A DNA stretch of 64,000 nucleotides, taken from Candidatus Shapirobacteria bacterium. Lineage in GTDB: Bacteria > Patescibacteriota > Microgenomatia > UBA12405. Both the position numbers and the translations under genes were made by a program. The stretch spans positions 270,546-334,545 of the forward strand of contig JACPHO010000001.1 in NCBI GenBank assembly GCA_016188545.1, in the 5' to 3' direction. The notes beneath the pieces were generated by a model. It was not told the DNA's origin and did no database searches. It saw nothing but the letters and a program-made list of their open reading frames with translations. Below are positions 39,419 to 48,228 of the stretch, piece by piece. Position 1 is the first letter of the stretch. Every line of letters starts with the position of its first letter.

Positions 39419-39730
39419 ATGGCCAAAGGCAATCGCATTAGGATCAAACTAAAATCCTTTGATCACCGTATTATCGATCAGGCAGCCAACAAGATTGTCG
39501 AAGCTGCCGTTACTGCCGGTGCTACCGTCCAAGGGCCAATTCCACTTCCCACCACCAAAAAAATTATCACTGTCCTCACCAGTCCTCATGGTGATAAAAA
39601 TGGTCGAGATCATTTTCAAGTTCTCTCCCACAAAAGACTTATTGATATTTACAATACCAGTTTACGCACTGTTGACAGCCTCCAACATTTGGATCTTCCC
39701 TCAGGTGTGGAAATAGAAATTAAAATGTAA
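39419..39730 (+). CDS. rpsJ: 30S ribosomal protein S10
   Basis: RIRIKLKSFDHRIIDQ…PLPT S10 signature. Confidence 0.92.
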   Translation: MAKGNRIRIKLKSFDHRIIDQAANKIVEAAVTAGATVQGPIPLPTTKKIITVLTSPHGDKNGRDHFQVLSHKRLIDIYNTSLRTVDSLQHLDLPSGVEIEIKM

Positions 39731-39732
39731 CA

Positions 39733-40353
39733 ATGATTTCCGGATTTATTGTCAAAAAATCAACCATGACCAATATCTATACCCCCGAGGGTAGAAGAGT
39801 TGGTGTCACCAAATGTGTAGTTTCACCATTAACTGTCACCCAGGTCAAGACCAAAGAAAAAGATGGCTACCAAGCTATCCAAGTCGCCTACGGTACTAAA
39901 AAACATCTTGATAAACCAGTCTCTGCCAAACTTGCCAAGCTTAAGTTAAAAATCAATCCTCAACACTTTACTGAATTTGACCTAACTACTGAAACAGTTC
40001 CCGAAGTTGGATCAAACATTGCTATCGATTCTGTTTTTACAGCTGGCGACAATGTTTCTGTATTTGGAGTTACCAAGGGTCGTGGCTTTGCTGGTGTTAT
40101 CAAAAGATACGGTTTCCGTCGTCAACCAGTTTCTGGTGGACAATCAGACCGGGTTCGTGCTCCAGGTTCTATTGGTGCTCAGACTCCGGGTAAGGTCATT
40201 AAAGGTAAAAAGATGCCAGGTCATTACGGAAATGTCACTAAACAAGTTAAGGGTCTAAAGATTGTCTCGGTTGATGTTGCTAAAAATGAAATAATTATTG
40301 ACGGGCCAATTCCAGGTCATATTAATTCTTGGGTAACCATTCTTAAAAAATAA
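39733..40353 (+). CDS. rplC: 50S ribosomal protein L3
   Basis: MISGFIVKKSTMTNIYT… matches MIGLVGKKVGMTRIF. Confidence 0.92.
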   Translation: MISGFIVKKSTMTNIYTPEGRRVGVTKCVVSPLTVTQVKTKEKDGYQAIQVAYGTKKHLDKPVSAKLAKLKLKINPQHFTEFDLTTETVPEVGSNIAIDSVFTAGDNVSVFGVTKGRGFAGVIKRYGFRRQPVSGGQSDRVRAPGSIGAQTPGKVIKGKKMPGHYGNVTKQVKGLKIVSVDVAKNEIIIDGPIPGHINSWVTILKK

Positions 40354-40355
40354 CT

Positions 40356-40988
40356 ATGAAAGCTCCTGTTTACAACCTTAAAGCTGAAAAAATCGAAGAA
40401 ATTACTCTCGATAAAGCAGTCTTTGGCACAGAAGTTAATGACAATACTATTGCTTTAGCTGTCCGTTCATATCTAGCCAACAAACGTTCCGCCAAAGCTA
40501 CTGTAAAAGAGCGAGGAGATGTTGCTGGTACGACCAAAAAAATGTATGCCCAAAAAGGTACAGGTCGAGCTCGTCATAGTACAGCCAAAGCAGGTATCTT
40601 TGTTGGAGGTGGTAGTGTTCATGGTCCTCAAGGAAATCAAAACTTTTCCGTTCCCCTCAATAAAAAATTCAAACAAAACGTTGTTAGATCGCTACTTTCT
40701 AAGTTTGCTTCCAATGATCGAGTTGTCGTTATTGACGACTTTTCATCCCTACCAGCCAAGACCAAATCAGCTTTTGAATTCATGGATCTTATGGAAAAAG
40801 CTTTACCTACCTTGGCTAAATCCAAAAAAATTGGTATTATCGTTGCCTCAGGCTCAACATCAGTCACCCGAGCATTCCGCAACATTCCAGGCTTCTCAGT
40901 GCTGACCAGTAGCTCACTTAATACCTATCAGTTATCACTCCAGAATATTCTAATATTTTCAAAGGAAGCCATAACTTCACTAAAATAA
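40356..40988 (+). CDS. rplD: 50S ribosomal protein L4
   Basis: Position and L4 core (…AQKGTGRARHS…). Confidence 0.9.
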   Translation: MKAPVYNLKAEKIEEITLDKAVFGTEVNDNTIALAVRSYLANKRSAKATVKERGDVAGTTKKMYAQKGTGRARHSTAKAGIFVGGGSVHGPQGNQNFSVPLNKKFKQNVVRSLLSKFASNDRVVVIDDFSSLPAKTKSAFEFMDLMEKALPTLAKSKKIGIIVASGSTSVTRAFRNIPGFSVLTSSSLNTYQLSLQNILIFSKEAITSLK

Positions 40989-40989
40989 C

Positions 40990-41295
40990 ATGGCCAAAAA
41001 TACAATCCAAAACACTATTCTTGCTCCCATCATTACCGAAAAATCTCTCACAGCACAAGCCCGCGGTGTCTATTCGTTTTGGGTAGGTGTCAAATCCAGT
41101 AAACCTCAAATCGTTTCCGCCTTCATTAAATTATTTTCTATTCCTGTTCTGTCAGTTAGAACCCAGAAACTTGTTGGTAAAGTAAAAGCTGATCCAAAAA
41201 GCCGAAAGGTTATTCACCGCTCAGATCGCAAAAGAGCTCTGATCACTATTGACAAAAAACAAAAGATCGAACTATTAAATCTCAATAGTAAATAA
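40990..41295 (+). CDS. rplW: 50S ribosomal protein L23
   Basis: Position and L23 motifs (ILAPIITEKS…). Confidence 0.9.
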   Translation: MAKNTIQNTILAPIITEKSLTAQARGVYSFWVGVKSSKPQIVSAFIKLFSIPVLSVRTQKLVGKVKADPKSRKVIHRSDRKRALITIDKKQKIELLNLNSK

Positions 41296-41296
41296 C

Positions 41297-42043
41297 ATGA
41301 AAATAAAATCTCTTTTTAAAATCAAAAAGAAAACCTCTGGTCGTGATGCACAAGGTCATGTTTCAGTCCGTCACCGCGGTGGAGAAGAGAAACGCTACAT
41401 TCGTCTCGTTGACTGGAAGAGATCAAATCACGATATTACTGGAAAGGTAGTTGCCATTGAGTACGATCCTAACCGTACTGCCAACCTCGCCCTAGTTGTC
41501 TACCAAAATGGTGCCAAGGCATACATCCTCGCATCTTCAAATCTCAAAGTAGATGACATCGTCGTCGCCTCTGAAAGCGCCGCGATTAAAGATGGTAATC
41601 GTCTTCCCCTTCGTAATATTCCTGTTGGTGTTGCTATTCACGGACTTGAATTCCAACCCGGTAGTGGTGCCCAACTCGTCAAGAGTGCTGGCTCTGCCGC
41701 CTTTATTCAAAGTATTGATGGTCAAAAAGTCACCATCAAGCTTCCCTCCGGTGAACTTCGTCTCTTCAATGCTGAGACCTGGGCAACCATCGGACAGCTC
41801 AGCAATGCTGACCATTCAAATCAAAAACTGTCCTTAGCCGGTGACTCCCGACATCGCGGAATCCGTCCATCAGTTCGAGGTGTGGCTATGAATCCTCACG
41901 CCCATCCGCACGGAGGAGGCGAGGGTAAGTCAAGTATCGGTATGAATCCCAAGACTCCCTGGGGTAAGCCAGCCCTTGGTTATCGTACTCGCAAGCGCAA
42001 AAATGCCTCCAACAAATTTATTGTTCAACGTCGAAAAAAATAA
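41297..42043 (+). CDS. rplB: 50S ribosomal protein L2
   Basis: …RHRGGEEKRYIRLVDWKR… and …HPHGGGEGK… L2 motifs. Confidence 0.92.
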   Translation: MKIKSLFKIKKKTSGRDAQGHVSVRHRGGEEKRYIRLVDWKRSNHDITGKVVAIEYDPNRTANLALVVYQNGAKAYILASSNLKVDDIVVASESAAIKDGNRLPLRNIPVGVAIHGLEFQPGSGAQLVKSAGSAAFIQSIDGQKVTIKLPSGELRLFNAETWATIGQLSNADHSNQKLSLAGDSRHRGIRPSVRGVAMNPHAHPHGGGEGKSSIGMNPKTPWGKPALGYRTRKRKNASNKFIVQRRKK

Positions 42044-42089
42044 TATAACTTTTCAAACTTTTAACTTTATAAACTTTACAAACTAACAT
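42044..42089 (+). repeat. Intergenic motif AACTTTTAACTTTATAAACTTTACAAACTAACAT upstream of rpsS
   Basis: Consensus AACTTTAYAAACTTTACAAACTAACNTATG shared with 47272, 47774, 51345, 52947 and 46872. Confidence 0.5.
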
Positions 42090-42365
42090 ATGTCAAGAAG
42101 CTCTAAAAAAGGACCATATATCGACGCCAAGCTGCTTGTAAAAGCTGCCAAAATTCCCGCGTCCGAGGCTATCAAAACTTGGGCCCGCAAAAGCCAAATT
42201 GCTCCAGAATTTGTGGGACACAATTTTGCAGTCCACAACGGTAAAAAATTCATCAATGTTTTTGTCACTGAAGACATGGTCGGACACTATTTTGGTGAAT
42301 TCGCCGCCACTCGAACCTTCAAAGGTCATGGTCGTATTGTTAAGAGAGTTATTGAAAAAACCTAA
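42090..42365 (+). CDS. rpsS: 30S ribosomal protein S19
   Basis: …[14 protein letters not shown]… S19 signature. Confidence 0.92.
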   Translation: MSRSSKKGPYIDAKLLVKAAKIPASEAIKTWARKSQIAPEFVGHNFAVHNGKKFINVFVTEDMVGHYFGEFAATRTFKGHGRIVKRVIEKT

Positions 42366-42368
42366 TCT

Positions 42369-42860
42369 ATGGCTACAACTACCCAAAAAACTACTACTGT
42401 TAAGAAAACAACTGCTGTCAAAAAGACTGTAGCAAAAGTCGCTAAAGCCTCAACTTCCAAATTATCTACACCTAAAGTCGTTGAAGCGACAAGTGTCGCG
42501 CAAACCAGGCTCGGCCTGGCTAAGTATCTCAACAAGAACCTCAAAGTATCACCACGAAAACTTCGTTTGGTAGTTACCGCCGTCAAGGCACTTAACCCCC
42601 AAGATGCTCAGACTCGACTCAAGTTCACCAACACTAACGCTGCTCGTCTTCTCCACAAAACTATCCAAGATGCTATTGCTTCCGCTAAGAACAATCACCA
42701 CCTTGACTCTTCTACTCTTAAATTCACCGAAATGCGTGTTGATGAGGGTATGAAGATCAAGCGAATGGACAAATCTCATGGTTCCCGTTTTGCCAGAGGA
42801 ATCATTCAGAAACGACATAGTCGATTAGTTATCGTTTTATCTGGTACAATACAAAGCTAA
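42369..42860 (+). CDS. rplV: 50S ribosomal protein L22 (with K/T-rich N-terminal extension)
   Basis: L22 core after an approximately 45-aa low-complexity extension. Confidence 0.88.
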   Translation: MATTTQKTTTVKKTTAVKKTVAKVAKASTSKLSTPKVVEATSVAQTRLGLAKYLNKNLKVSPRKLRLVVTAVKALNPQDAQTRLKFTNTNAARLLHKTIQDAIASAKNNHHLDSSTLKFTEMRVDEGMKIKRMDKSHGSRFARGIIQKRHSRLVIVLSGTIQS

Positions 42861-42883
42861 CTTTGCAAATTATTTTATTAAAA

Positions 42884-42921
42884 ATTCCTAATTCCTAATT
42901 CCTAATTCTTAATTCCTAATT
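42884..42921 (+). repeat. Tandem heptamer tract (AATTCCT)n upstream of rpsC
   Basis: attcctaattcctaattcctaattcttaattcctaatt. The whole 42867-42929 element is about 90% identical to 43578-43628. Confidence 0.6.
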
Positions 42922-42929
42922 AATTAAAT

Positions 42930-43571
42930 ATGGGTAACAAAATCAATCCTATCGGTTTTAGACTAGAAACTGTCAAAAACAGTCCGCAGTGGCAGTCCTC
43001 TTGGTACGCAGACAAAAAGAAATATCCAATTCTTTTGCTTGAGGACAAGAAAATCCGTGATTTCATTCAGAAGAAACTAGGTTCAGCCGGTATTGTCACA
43101 ATCAGAATCGAACGTTCCGTTAAAAAACTCAAATTAATTTTGGTTGTTTCCCGCCCAGGTCTCGTTATCGGTCGTGGTGGTAAAGAGCTCGAAGCCCTTA
43201 AAAAAGATATCATTAAGATTATTCCCAAGACTCCAGGCAAACAAAACATCGACATTCAAGTCGAAGAGTTCAAATACGTCGATCTTTCTGCCAAGCTAAT
43301 TGCCGAGAAAATCGCTTTCCAACTCACCAAGAGAATGCCTTATCGCCGAGTCGTCCTTTCATCTATTGAAAAGACAATGGCTGCCGGAGCCAAAGGAATT
43401 AAAATCATTCTTGGTGGACGTATCAATGGAGCCGAGATTAGCCGAAGAGAAAAATTCTCACAAGGTAAAGTTCCCCTCTCTACCATCAGATCAAAAATTG
43501 ATTATGCCGAGTGTCCATCTTTGACTAGGTCGGGTTATATCGGTGTTAAAGTTTATCTCTGTCTAAGTTAG
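42930..43571 (+). CDS. rpsC: 30S ribosomal protein S3
   Basis: MGNKINPIGFRL… KH and S3-C domains. Confidence 0.92.
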   Translation: MGNKINPIGFRLETVKNSPQWQSSWYADKKKYPILLLEDKKIRDFIQKKLGSAGIVTIRIERSVKKLKLILVVSRPGLVIGRGGKELEALKKDIIKIIPKTPGKQNIDIQVEEFKYVDLSAKLIAEKIAFQLTKRMPYRRVVLSSIEKTMAAGAKGIKIILGGRINGAEISRREKFSQGKVPLSTIRSKIDYAECPSLTRSGYIGVKVYLCLS

Positions 43572-43586
43572 TTCTTTAAATTATTT

Positions 43587-43624
43587 TATTAAAAATTCCT
43601 AATTCCTAATTCTTAATTCCTAAT
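43587..43624 (+). repeat. Tandem heptamer tract (AATTCCT)n upstream of rplP
   Basis: aaattattttattaaaaattcctaattcctaattcttaattcctaattaat. Confidence 0.6.
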
Positions 43625-43628
43625 TAAT

Positions 43629-44033
43629 ATGTTACAGCCATCACGAACCAAATATCGCAAACAATTCCGCGGTCGTATGCGCGGTCTCTCCCAAGGTCAC
43701 CTCGTCGAATTTGGTGATTATGGCCTCAAGGCCACGGAGTGTGGTTGGCTTACCGCCAATCAAATTGAAGCAGCTCGTAAAGCTATCTCTCATTCAACCA
43801 AAAGAAACGGTCGCATGTGGCTTCGTGTTTTCCCCGACAAGCCTTTCACCGAAAAAGGTGCTGGCGCCCCCTTGGGTGCTGGTAAAGGAGATGTCAAAGG
43901 TTATGTCTGTGTAGTTCGTCCCGGTAGAATTATGTTTGAAGTTGCCGGTATCCCCGAAGCTGAAGCCAAAAAAGCCCTTGCTCTTGCTTCCGCCAAGTTA
44001 CCTGTAGTTACTAAAGTTGTCAAAAGAATCTAA
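43629..44033 (+). CDS. rplP: 50S ribosomal protein L16
   Basis: MLQPSRTKYRKQFRGRMRG… L16 signature. Confidence 0.92.
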   Translation: MLQPSRTKYRKQFRGRMRGLSQGHLVEFGDYGLKATECGWLTANQIEAARKAISHSTKRNGRMWLRVFPDKPFTEKGAGAPLGAGKGDVKGYVCVVRPGRIMFEVAGIPEAEAKKALALASAKLPVVTKVVKRI

Positions 44034-44051
44034 AAATAAACAATCGCTATT

Positions 44052-44249
44052 ATGAAAAAAACTGATAAAATGTCCTACCGGCAAAAATCATCCCAAGAGC
44101 TCTCTGTGGCTCTGGCTGATCTTCAAAAGAAACTAGTAGAAACTCGTCTTAAGCATCTTACTGGTAACCAAAAAGATACCTCGGTGATTCGCAAAATTAA
44201 ATACGAGATAGCTTATGTCTCAACATTAATTACTGAAAATGGAAAATAA
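44052..44249 (+). CDS. rpmC: 50S ribosomal protein L29
   Basis: 65 aa, position and helical L29 pattern. Confidence 0.85.
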   Translation: MKKTDKMSYRQKSSQELSVALADLQKKLVETRLKHLTGNQKDTSVIRKIKYEIAYVSTLITENGK

Positions 44250-44493
44250 AAAAGGTAAAACATTTACTGGCATCGTAGTTTCCGACAAGATGACCAATAC
44301 CATCGTCGTCGAACTAAGCTACACATTCCGCCACCCAATGTACAAAAAAATTGTCAAAAAGAGTAAAAAAATCTATTCTGAAAACAATCTTACCGCCAAG
44401 AGTGGTGACACTGTTCTCGTCAAAGAAACTCGACCGCTAAGTAAACTCAAGAGGTTTACCACTGTCGAAATATTAAAAGTCAGTAAACAATAA
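44239..44493 (+). CDS. rpsQ: 30S ribosomal protein S17
   Basis: …KTFTGIVVSDKMTNTIVV… S17 signature. Confidence 0.9.
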   Translation: MENKKGKTFTGIVVSDKMTNTIVVELSYTFRHPMYKKIVKKSKKIYSENNLTAKSGDTVLVKETRPLSKLKRFTTVEILKVSKQ

Positions 44494-44508
44494 ACTTTAA
44501 ATCTTATT

Positions 44509-44877
44509 ATGGTCCAACTTAGAAGCATTCTCCGTCCGGCCGACAACTGTGGCGCTCGCCGAGTTATGGTAATGCACATATATAAAGGAAGTGTTCACAA
44601 AAGTGCTGGAATTGGTGATATTGTCCTAGCTGTCGTCAAAGATGCCATCCCCAATGGCATGGTCAAGAAAAAAGAAAAGGTCAAAATGGTCATCGTCCGG
44701 ACTCGAAAAGAAATTGGACGCAAGGATGGTTCTTATATTCGCTTTTCCGACAATGCCGCTGTTATCATTGATGCCCAGAAGAACCCTCGAGGTACTCGTA
44801 TTTTTGGGCCGATTGCTCGTGAGATCAAAGATCTCGGGTTTAATAAAATTGCTTCCATGGCCAAGGAGGTCTACTAA
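44509..44877 (+). CDS. rplN: 50S ribosomal protein L14
   Basis: [19 protein letters not shown]… matches MIQ..T.L.VADNSGAR. Confidence 0.92.
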   Translation: MVQLRSILRPADNCGARRVMVMHIYKGSVHKSAGIGDIVLAVVKDAIPNGMVKKKEKVKMVIVRTRKEIGRKDGSYIRFSDNAAVIIDAQKNPRGTRIFGPIAREIKDLGFNKIASMAKEVY

Positions 44878-44878
44878 T

Positions 44879-45202
44879 ATGAAAATTCAAAAAGGCGATA
44901 ACGTCAAAGTATTAATTGGTAAGGACAAGGGTCGTGAAGGTGAAGTCTTAGCTGTCTTTCCAAAGAAAGAGAGAATGGTCGTCAAGGGACTAAATCTTTT
45001 CAAAAAGCACGTCAAACCATCACAAAATTCCAAAGGTGGAATTATCGAAAAGGAAAGACCTCTTCACTCTTCAAAACTCATGTTAATTTGTCCTTCCTGC
45101 AAAAAAGCAGCTCGTGTTAGCTATCAACTAGACAAAACTGGTACTAAATACCGCATCTGCCAAAAGTGTAAAGCCATCCTTACTAACAAATTAACCAAAT
45201 AA
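44879..45202 (+). CDS. rplX: 50S ribosomal protein L24 carrying a C-terminal CxxC…CxxC zinc-ribbon-like insertion
   Basis: MKIQKGDNVKVLIGKDKGREGEVL KOW motif. GGAGG SD upstream. Cys motifs CPSCKK and CQKCKA. The ORF-track start at 44642 (other frame) is rejected. Confidence 0.85.
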   Translation: MKIQKGDNVKVLIGKDKGREGEVLAVFPKKERMVVKGLNLFKKHVKPSQNSKGGIIEKERPLHSSKLMLICPSCKKAARVSYQLDKTGTKYRICQKCKAILTNKLTK

Positions 45203-45203
45203 A

Positions 45204-45746
45204 ATGACCACCTCAACCTCTTCACTAACTTCTACTCTTCTTGACTCCCTACATGAGCAGTTTCCCAAAAGAAATCTTCACTCTTTTCCGTCATTGAAGA
45301 AAGTTGTCCTAAACTACCGTGTTTCTGAAGGTCGAGATAGTCAAGAGACCTTGGCTGTTGCCGAGTCTGAGTTAGTCTCTATTGCCGGCCAAAAGCCACG
45401 TCTTTGCAAATCAAAAAAATCAATTTCTACATTTAAACTGCGTGAAGGTGAACCTCTTGCTTACAAAGTCACTCTCCGTGGACTTCGAATGCATCAATTT
45501 ATTGAAAAATTATTCAACATCGTTTTACCACGTTTGCGCGACTTCAAAGGCATGCCTCTCAAAGCTTTTGATGAATCAGGAAACTACAACCTAACTATCA
45601 AAGATCAAACATACTTTCCCGAGATAAACCTCGACAAAGTCAACAAGATCCGACCCATCCAGATAACTCTCTGCATATCTTCCTCTTCAAAAGAAGACTC
45701 AAAAATGTTATTATCCGCCCTAGGCTTTCCATTCGAAAAGCAATAA
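45204..45746 (+). CDS. rplE: 50S ribosomal protein L5
   Basis: Position and L5 core (…FPEINLDKVNKIRPIQITL…). Confidence 0.9.
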   Translation: MTTSTSSLTSTLLDSLHEQFPKRNLHSFPSLKKVVLNYRVSEGRDSQETLAVAESELVSIAGQKPRLCKSKKSISTFKLREGEPLAYKVTLRGLRMHQFIEKLFNIVLPRLRDFKGMPLKAFDESGNYNLTIKDQTYFPEINLDKVNKIRPIQITLCISSSSKEDSKMLLSALGFPFEKQ

Positions 45747-45749
45747 TAT

Positions 45750-45935
45750 ATGGCCACCACTGCAAAAATAGTTCGTGAAACTAAAAAACTAAAATATTCT
45801 GTCCGACATCACAATCGTTGCCACCTTTGTGGTCGTCCACATGCCTTTATTCGTTTGTTCGGTATTTGCCGACTCTGTTTCCGCAAACTGGCTAACGCTG
45901 GTATGCTTCCCGGAGTTAAAAAAGCCAGTTGGTAA
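45750..45935 (+). CDS. rpsZ: 30S ribosomal protein S14 type Z (zinc-binding, 61 aa)
   Basis: [10 protein letters not shown]…CRLCFR four-Cys motif. Confidence 0.92.
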   Translation: MATTAKIVRETKKLKYSVRHHNRCHLCGRPHAFIRLFGICRLCFRKLANAGMLPGVKKASW

Positions 45936-45941
45936 ACTAAT

Positions 45942-46328
45942 ATGATCACATCTCTTTCCACCGACTTTCTTATCCGTCTCAAAAACGGTTCAAGAGCCGA
46001 GCGTAAAACCATTACTGCCCCACTTTCAAAATTCAGCCTCTCAATGACTGCTCTTATCAAAAAGTACGGCTATATCGAAGACTTCTCAGTTTCCGAAGCA
46101 GACCGCCTTATTACTATCAAGCTGATTAACAACAGCGGTTCTCCTGCTATTTCCGACGTCAAATTATTCAGCCGTCCCGGTCGACGTGTTTACGAGAAAT
46201 CGTTTTCTCTTCCCTGGGGTCAATCAAAACAATCATTAATTATTATTTCAACTTCATCCGGCGTTATGTCTCAAAAAGAGGCCAAGAAAAAAGGCGTCGG
46301 TGGAGAAGTTATTGCCGAAATCTACTAA
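45942..46328 (+). CDS. rpsH: 30S ribosomal protein S8
   Basis: Position and S8 pattern. Confidence 0.9.
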   Translation: MITSLSTDFLIRLKNGSRAERKTITAPLSKFSLSMTALIKKYGYIEDFSVSEADRLITIKLINNSGSPAISDVKLFSRPGRRVYEKSFSLPWGQSKQSLIIISTSSGVMSQKEAKKKGVGGEVIAEIY

Positions 46329-46331
46329 CCC

Positions 46332-46871
46332 ATGTCACGCATTGGTAACCTGCCTATCACTATTCCCTCCTTAGTCACCCTCGTCCAAGATGGACAAGTA
46401 GTTACTGTCACTGGACCTAAGGGATCCTTAGTTTTAAATGTTGCTCACAAAATCAAAGTTGATGTTGCTGACAGTCAAGTAGTCGTCAGTCGTCTCTCTG
46501 AAGATAAGAAAACCAAAGCTAACCATGGTACCACTCGTGCTCACTTAGCCAACATGATTTCCGGAGTCGTTACACCTTGGACTAAAGACATGGAAATTAG
46601 AGGAACTGGTTACAAGTTCCAAGTCGCCGGCAACAAACTTACAGTTCATGCTGGTTACATTAAACCTGTCATTATTACTGCTCTTGAAGGAATCACTTTT
46701 GTTTCCACAGACGAATCAAAACTAACTATTTCCGGAATCGACAAAGTAATAGTCGGTCAGACTGCTTCAAATATTCGCAAAATTAGAAAACCAGAACCAT
46801 ACAAAGGTAAAGGTATCCGTTATCTTAATGAATTTATCAAGCTCAAAGCCGGCAAGACGGCCAAAGCATAA
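46332..46871 (+). CDS. rplF: 50S ribosomal protein L6
   Basis: MSRIGNLPITIPSLV… L6 N-terminus. Confidence 0.9.
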   Translation: MSRIGNLPITIPSLVTLVQDGQVVTVTGPKGSLVLNVAHKIKVDVADSQVVVSRLSEDKKTKANHGTTRAHLANMISGVVTPWTKDMEIRGTGYKFQVAGNKLTVHAGYIKPVIITALEGITFVSTDESKLTISGIDKVIVGQTASNIRKIRKPEPYKGKGIRYLNEFIKLKAGKTAKA

Positions 46872-46929
46872 CGTTAAAATATTCCAACTTTTTAACTTTA
46901 AAAACTTTATAAACTTTACGAACTGACCT
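46872..46929 (+). repeat. Intergenic ACTTT-family motif upstream of rplR
   Basis: ccaactttttaactttaaaaactttataaactttacgaactgacctATG. Confidence 0.5.
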
Positions 46930-47271
46930 ATGATTACCAAAAATAGAACCCAAAGAAGACAAAATAGAGTCCGTGCCAAAATCGCCAAAAATATTGGTAT
47001 TCCTCGTCTTTCAATTTTTCGTACCAATGCTCATATTTGGGCTCAAATAATTGACGACAAGCACGGTAAAACTTTGGTTAGCAGCTCTAGTAAAGTACTG
47101 AAGACTAAGGGTACCAAGACCGAAGCCGCCATCAAAGTGGGTGAAGATATTGCCCTCAAAGCTTTAGACAAAAAAGTCCTCAATATCCGTTTTGATCGTG
47201 GTGCTTACAAATACCACGGTCGTGTTAAGGCACTTGCCGATGCCGCCAGGGACGGAGGTTTAAAATTCTAA
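46930..47271 (+). CDS. rplR: 50S ribosomal protein L18
   Basis: …RLSIFRTNAHIWAQIIDD… L18 signature. Confidence 0.9.
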   Translation: MITKNRTQRRQNRVRAKIAKNIGIPRLSIFRTNAHIWAQIIDDKHGKTLVSSSSKVLKTKGTKTEAAIKVGEDIALKALDKKVLNIRFDRGAYKYHGRVKALADAARDGGLKF

Positions 47272-47296
47272 CTTTATGAACTTTACAAACTAACCT
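47272..47296 (+). repeat. Intergenic motif CTTTATGAACTTTACAAACTAACCT upstream of rpsE
   Basis: Matches the consensus directly abutting the ATG. Confidence 0.5.
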
Positions 47297-47773
47297 ATGA
47301 CCAATACATTTGAAAACCAACAATTCAGAAAAATGGATCGACCTGAGTCAGAGTTTACTGACAAGGTAGTCGAAATCAAAAGAGTCAGTAAAAAAACTAA
47401 GGGTGGTAACCAGATCTCATTCACAGCCTTAGTTGTAAGTGGAGACAAAAAAGCCCGTGTGGGGGTAGGTCATTCACGTGCCAAGAGTGTTGCTGATGCT
47501 ATTCAAAAAGCAATTCAGAAAGCTCGCAAATCCATGATCAGTATCAACATCATCGACGGTACTATTGCTAAAACAATCAAATTAAAATTCAAAGGCGCCA
47601 TTATCCTCATGCGTCCCGGTAAACAGGGTAGTGGTCTTATCGCTGGAGGGCCAGTTCGATCAGTTGTCGAGCTAGCTGGTATCAAAGATATTGCCTCAAA
47701 AGTTATCGGCTCCAAGACCAAATCAGTCAATGTTTGGACTACCTTTAAAGCTCTAGAAATGTTAAAAAAATAA
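47297..47773 (+). CDS. rpsE: 30S ribosomal protein S5
   Basis: …VVEIKRVSKKTKGGNQISFTALVV… S5 dsRBD. Confidence 0.92.
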   Translation: MTNTFENQQFRKMDRPESEFTDKVVEIKRVSKKTKGGNQISFTALVVSGDKKARVGVGHSRAKSVADAIQKAIQKARKSMISINIIDGTIAKTIKLKFKGAIILMRPGKQGSGLIAGGPVRSVVELAGIKDIASKVIGSKTKSVNVWTTFKALEMLKK

Positions 47774-47808
47774 TTATTCCACCAACTTTTAACTTTACAA
47801 ACTAACTT
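47774..47808 (+). repeat. Intergenic motif CCAACTTTTAACTTTACAAACTAACTT upstream of rplO. No rpmD (L30) gene is present here.
   Basis: Only 35 nt separate rpsE from rplO. This is too short for rpmD. Confidence 0.5.
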
Positions 47809-48228
47809 ATGAATATTCAATCAAATCTACCTAAAACAACCGCCAAGTCTCAAAAAAGAGTCGGTCGTGGCTATGGTTCCGGTGTCGGCGGGCATACTAC
47901 CGGTCGAGGTTCCAAAGGGGACAAAGTCCGTGGCACCACCAAAATTACTTTTGATGGTACCAAAATCAAAAAAGGTTGGATTAAGAGAACTCCATTTCTT
48001 CGGGGAAAACACCGCACTCTAAAACTTAGCACTATTCCGGTATTCAATCTAACTCGTATTGATGCCATGTTTAAAGTCGGTGCTACTGTAGATCCTAAAG
48101 CATTAAATTGCCAATACGCCAAAATATTATCCGGAGGTTCCCTCACCAAAGCCCTTAACTTCAAAGGTTTGCTATATTCAGAATCTGCCAAGAAAGCAAT
48201 ATTAGCTGCGGGTGGTAAGATAGATTAA
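47809..48228 (+). CDS. rplO: 50S ribosomal protein L15
   Basis: …KRVGRGYGSGVGGHTTGRGSKG… L15 signature. Confidence 0.92.
   Translation: MNIQSNLPKTTAKSQKRVGRGYGSGVGGHTTGRGSKGDKVRGTTKITFDGTKIKKGWIKRTPFLRGKHRTLKLSTIPVFNLTRIDAMFKVGATVDPKALNCQYAKILSGGSLTKALNFKGLLYSESAKKAILAAGGKID

Noticed and set aside
44642-45202. ORF-track 186-aa ORF spanning the rplN-rplX region
   Set aside because: Its 5' part is the rplN region read in another frame. The authentic L24 starts at the ATG at 44879, preceded by GGAGG.
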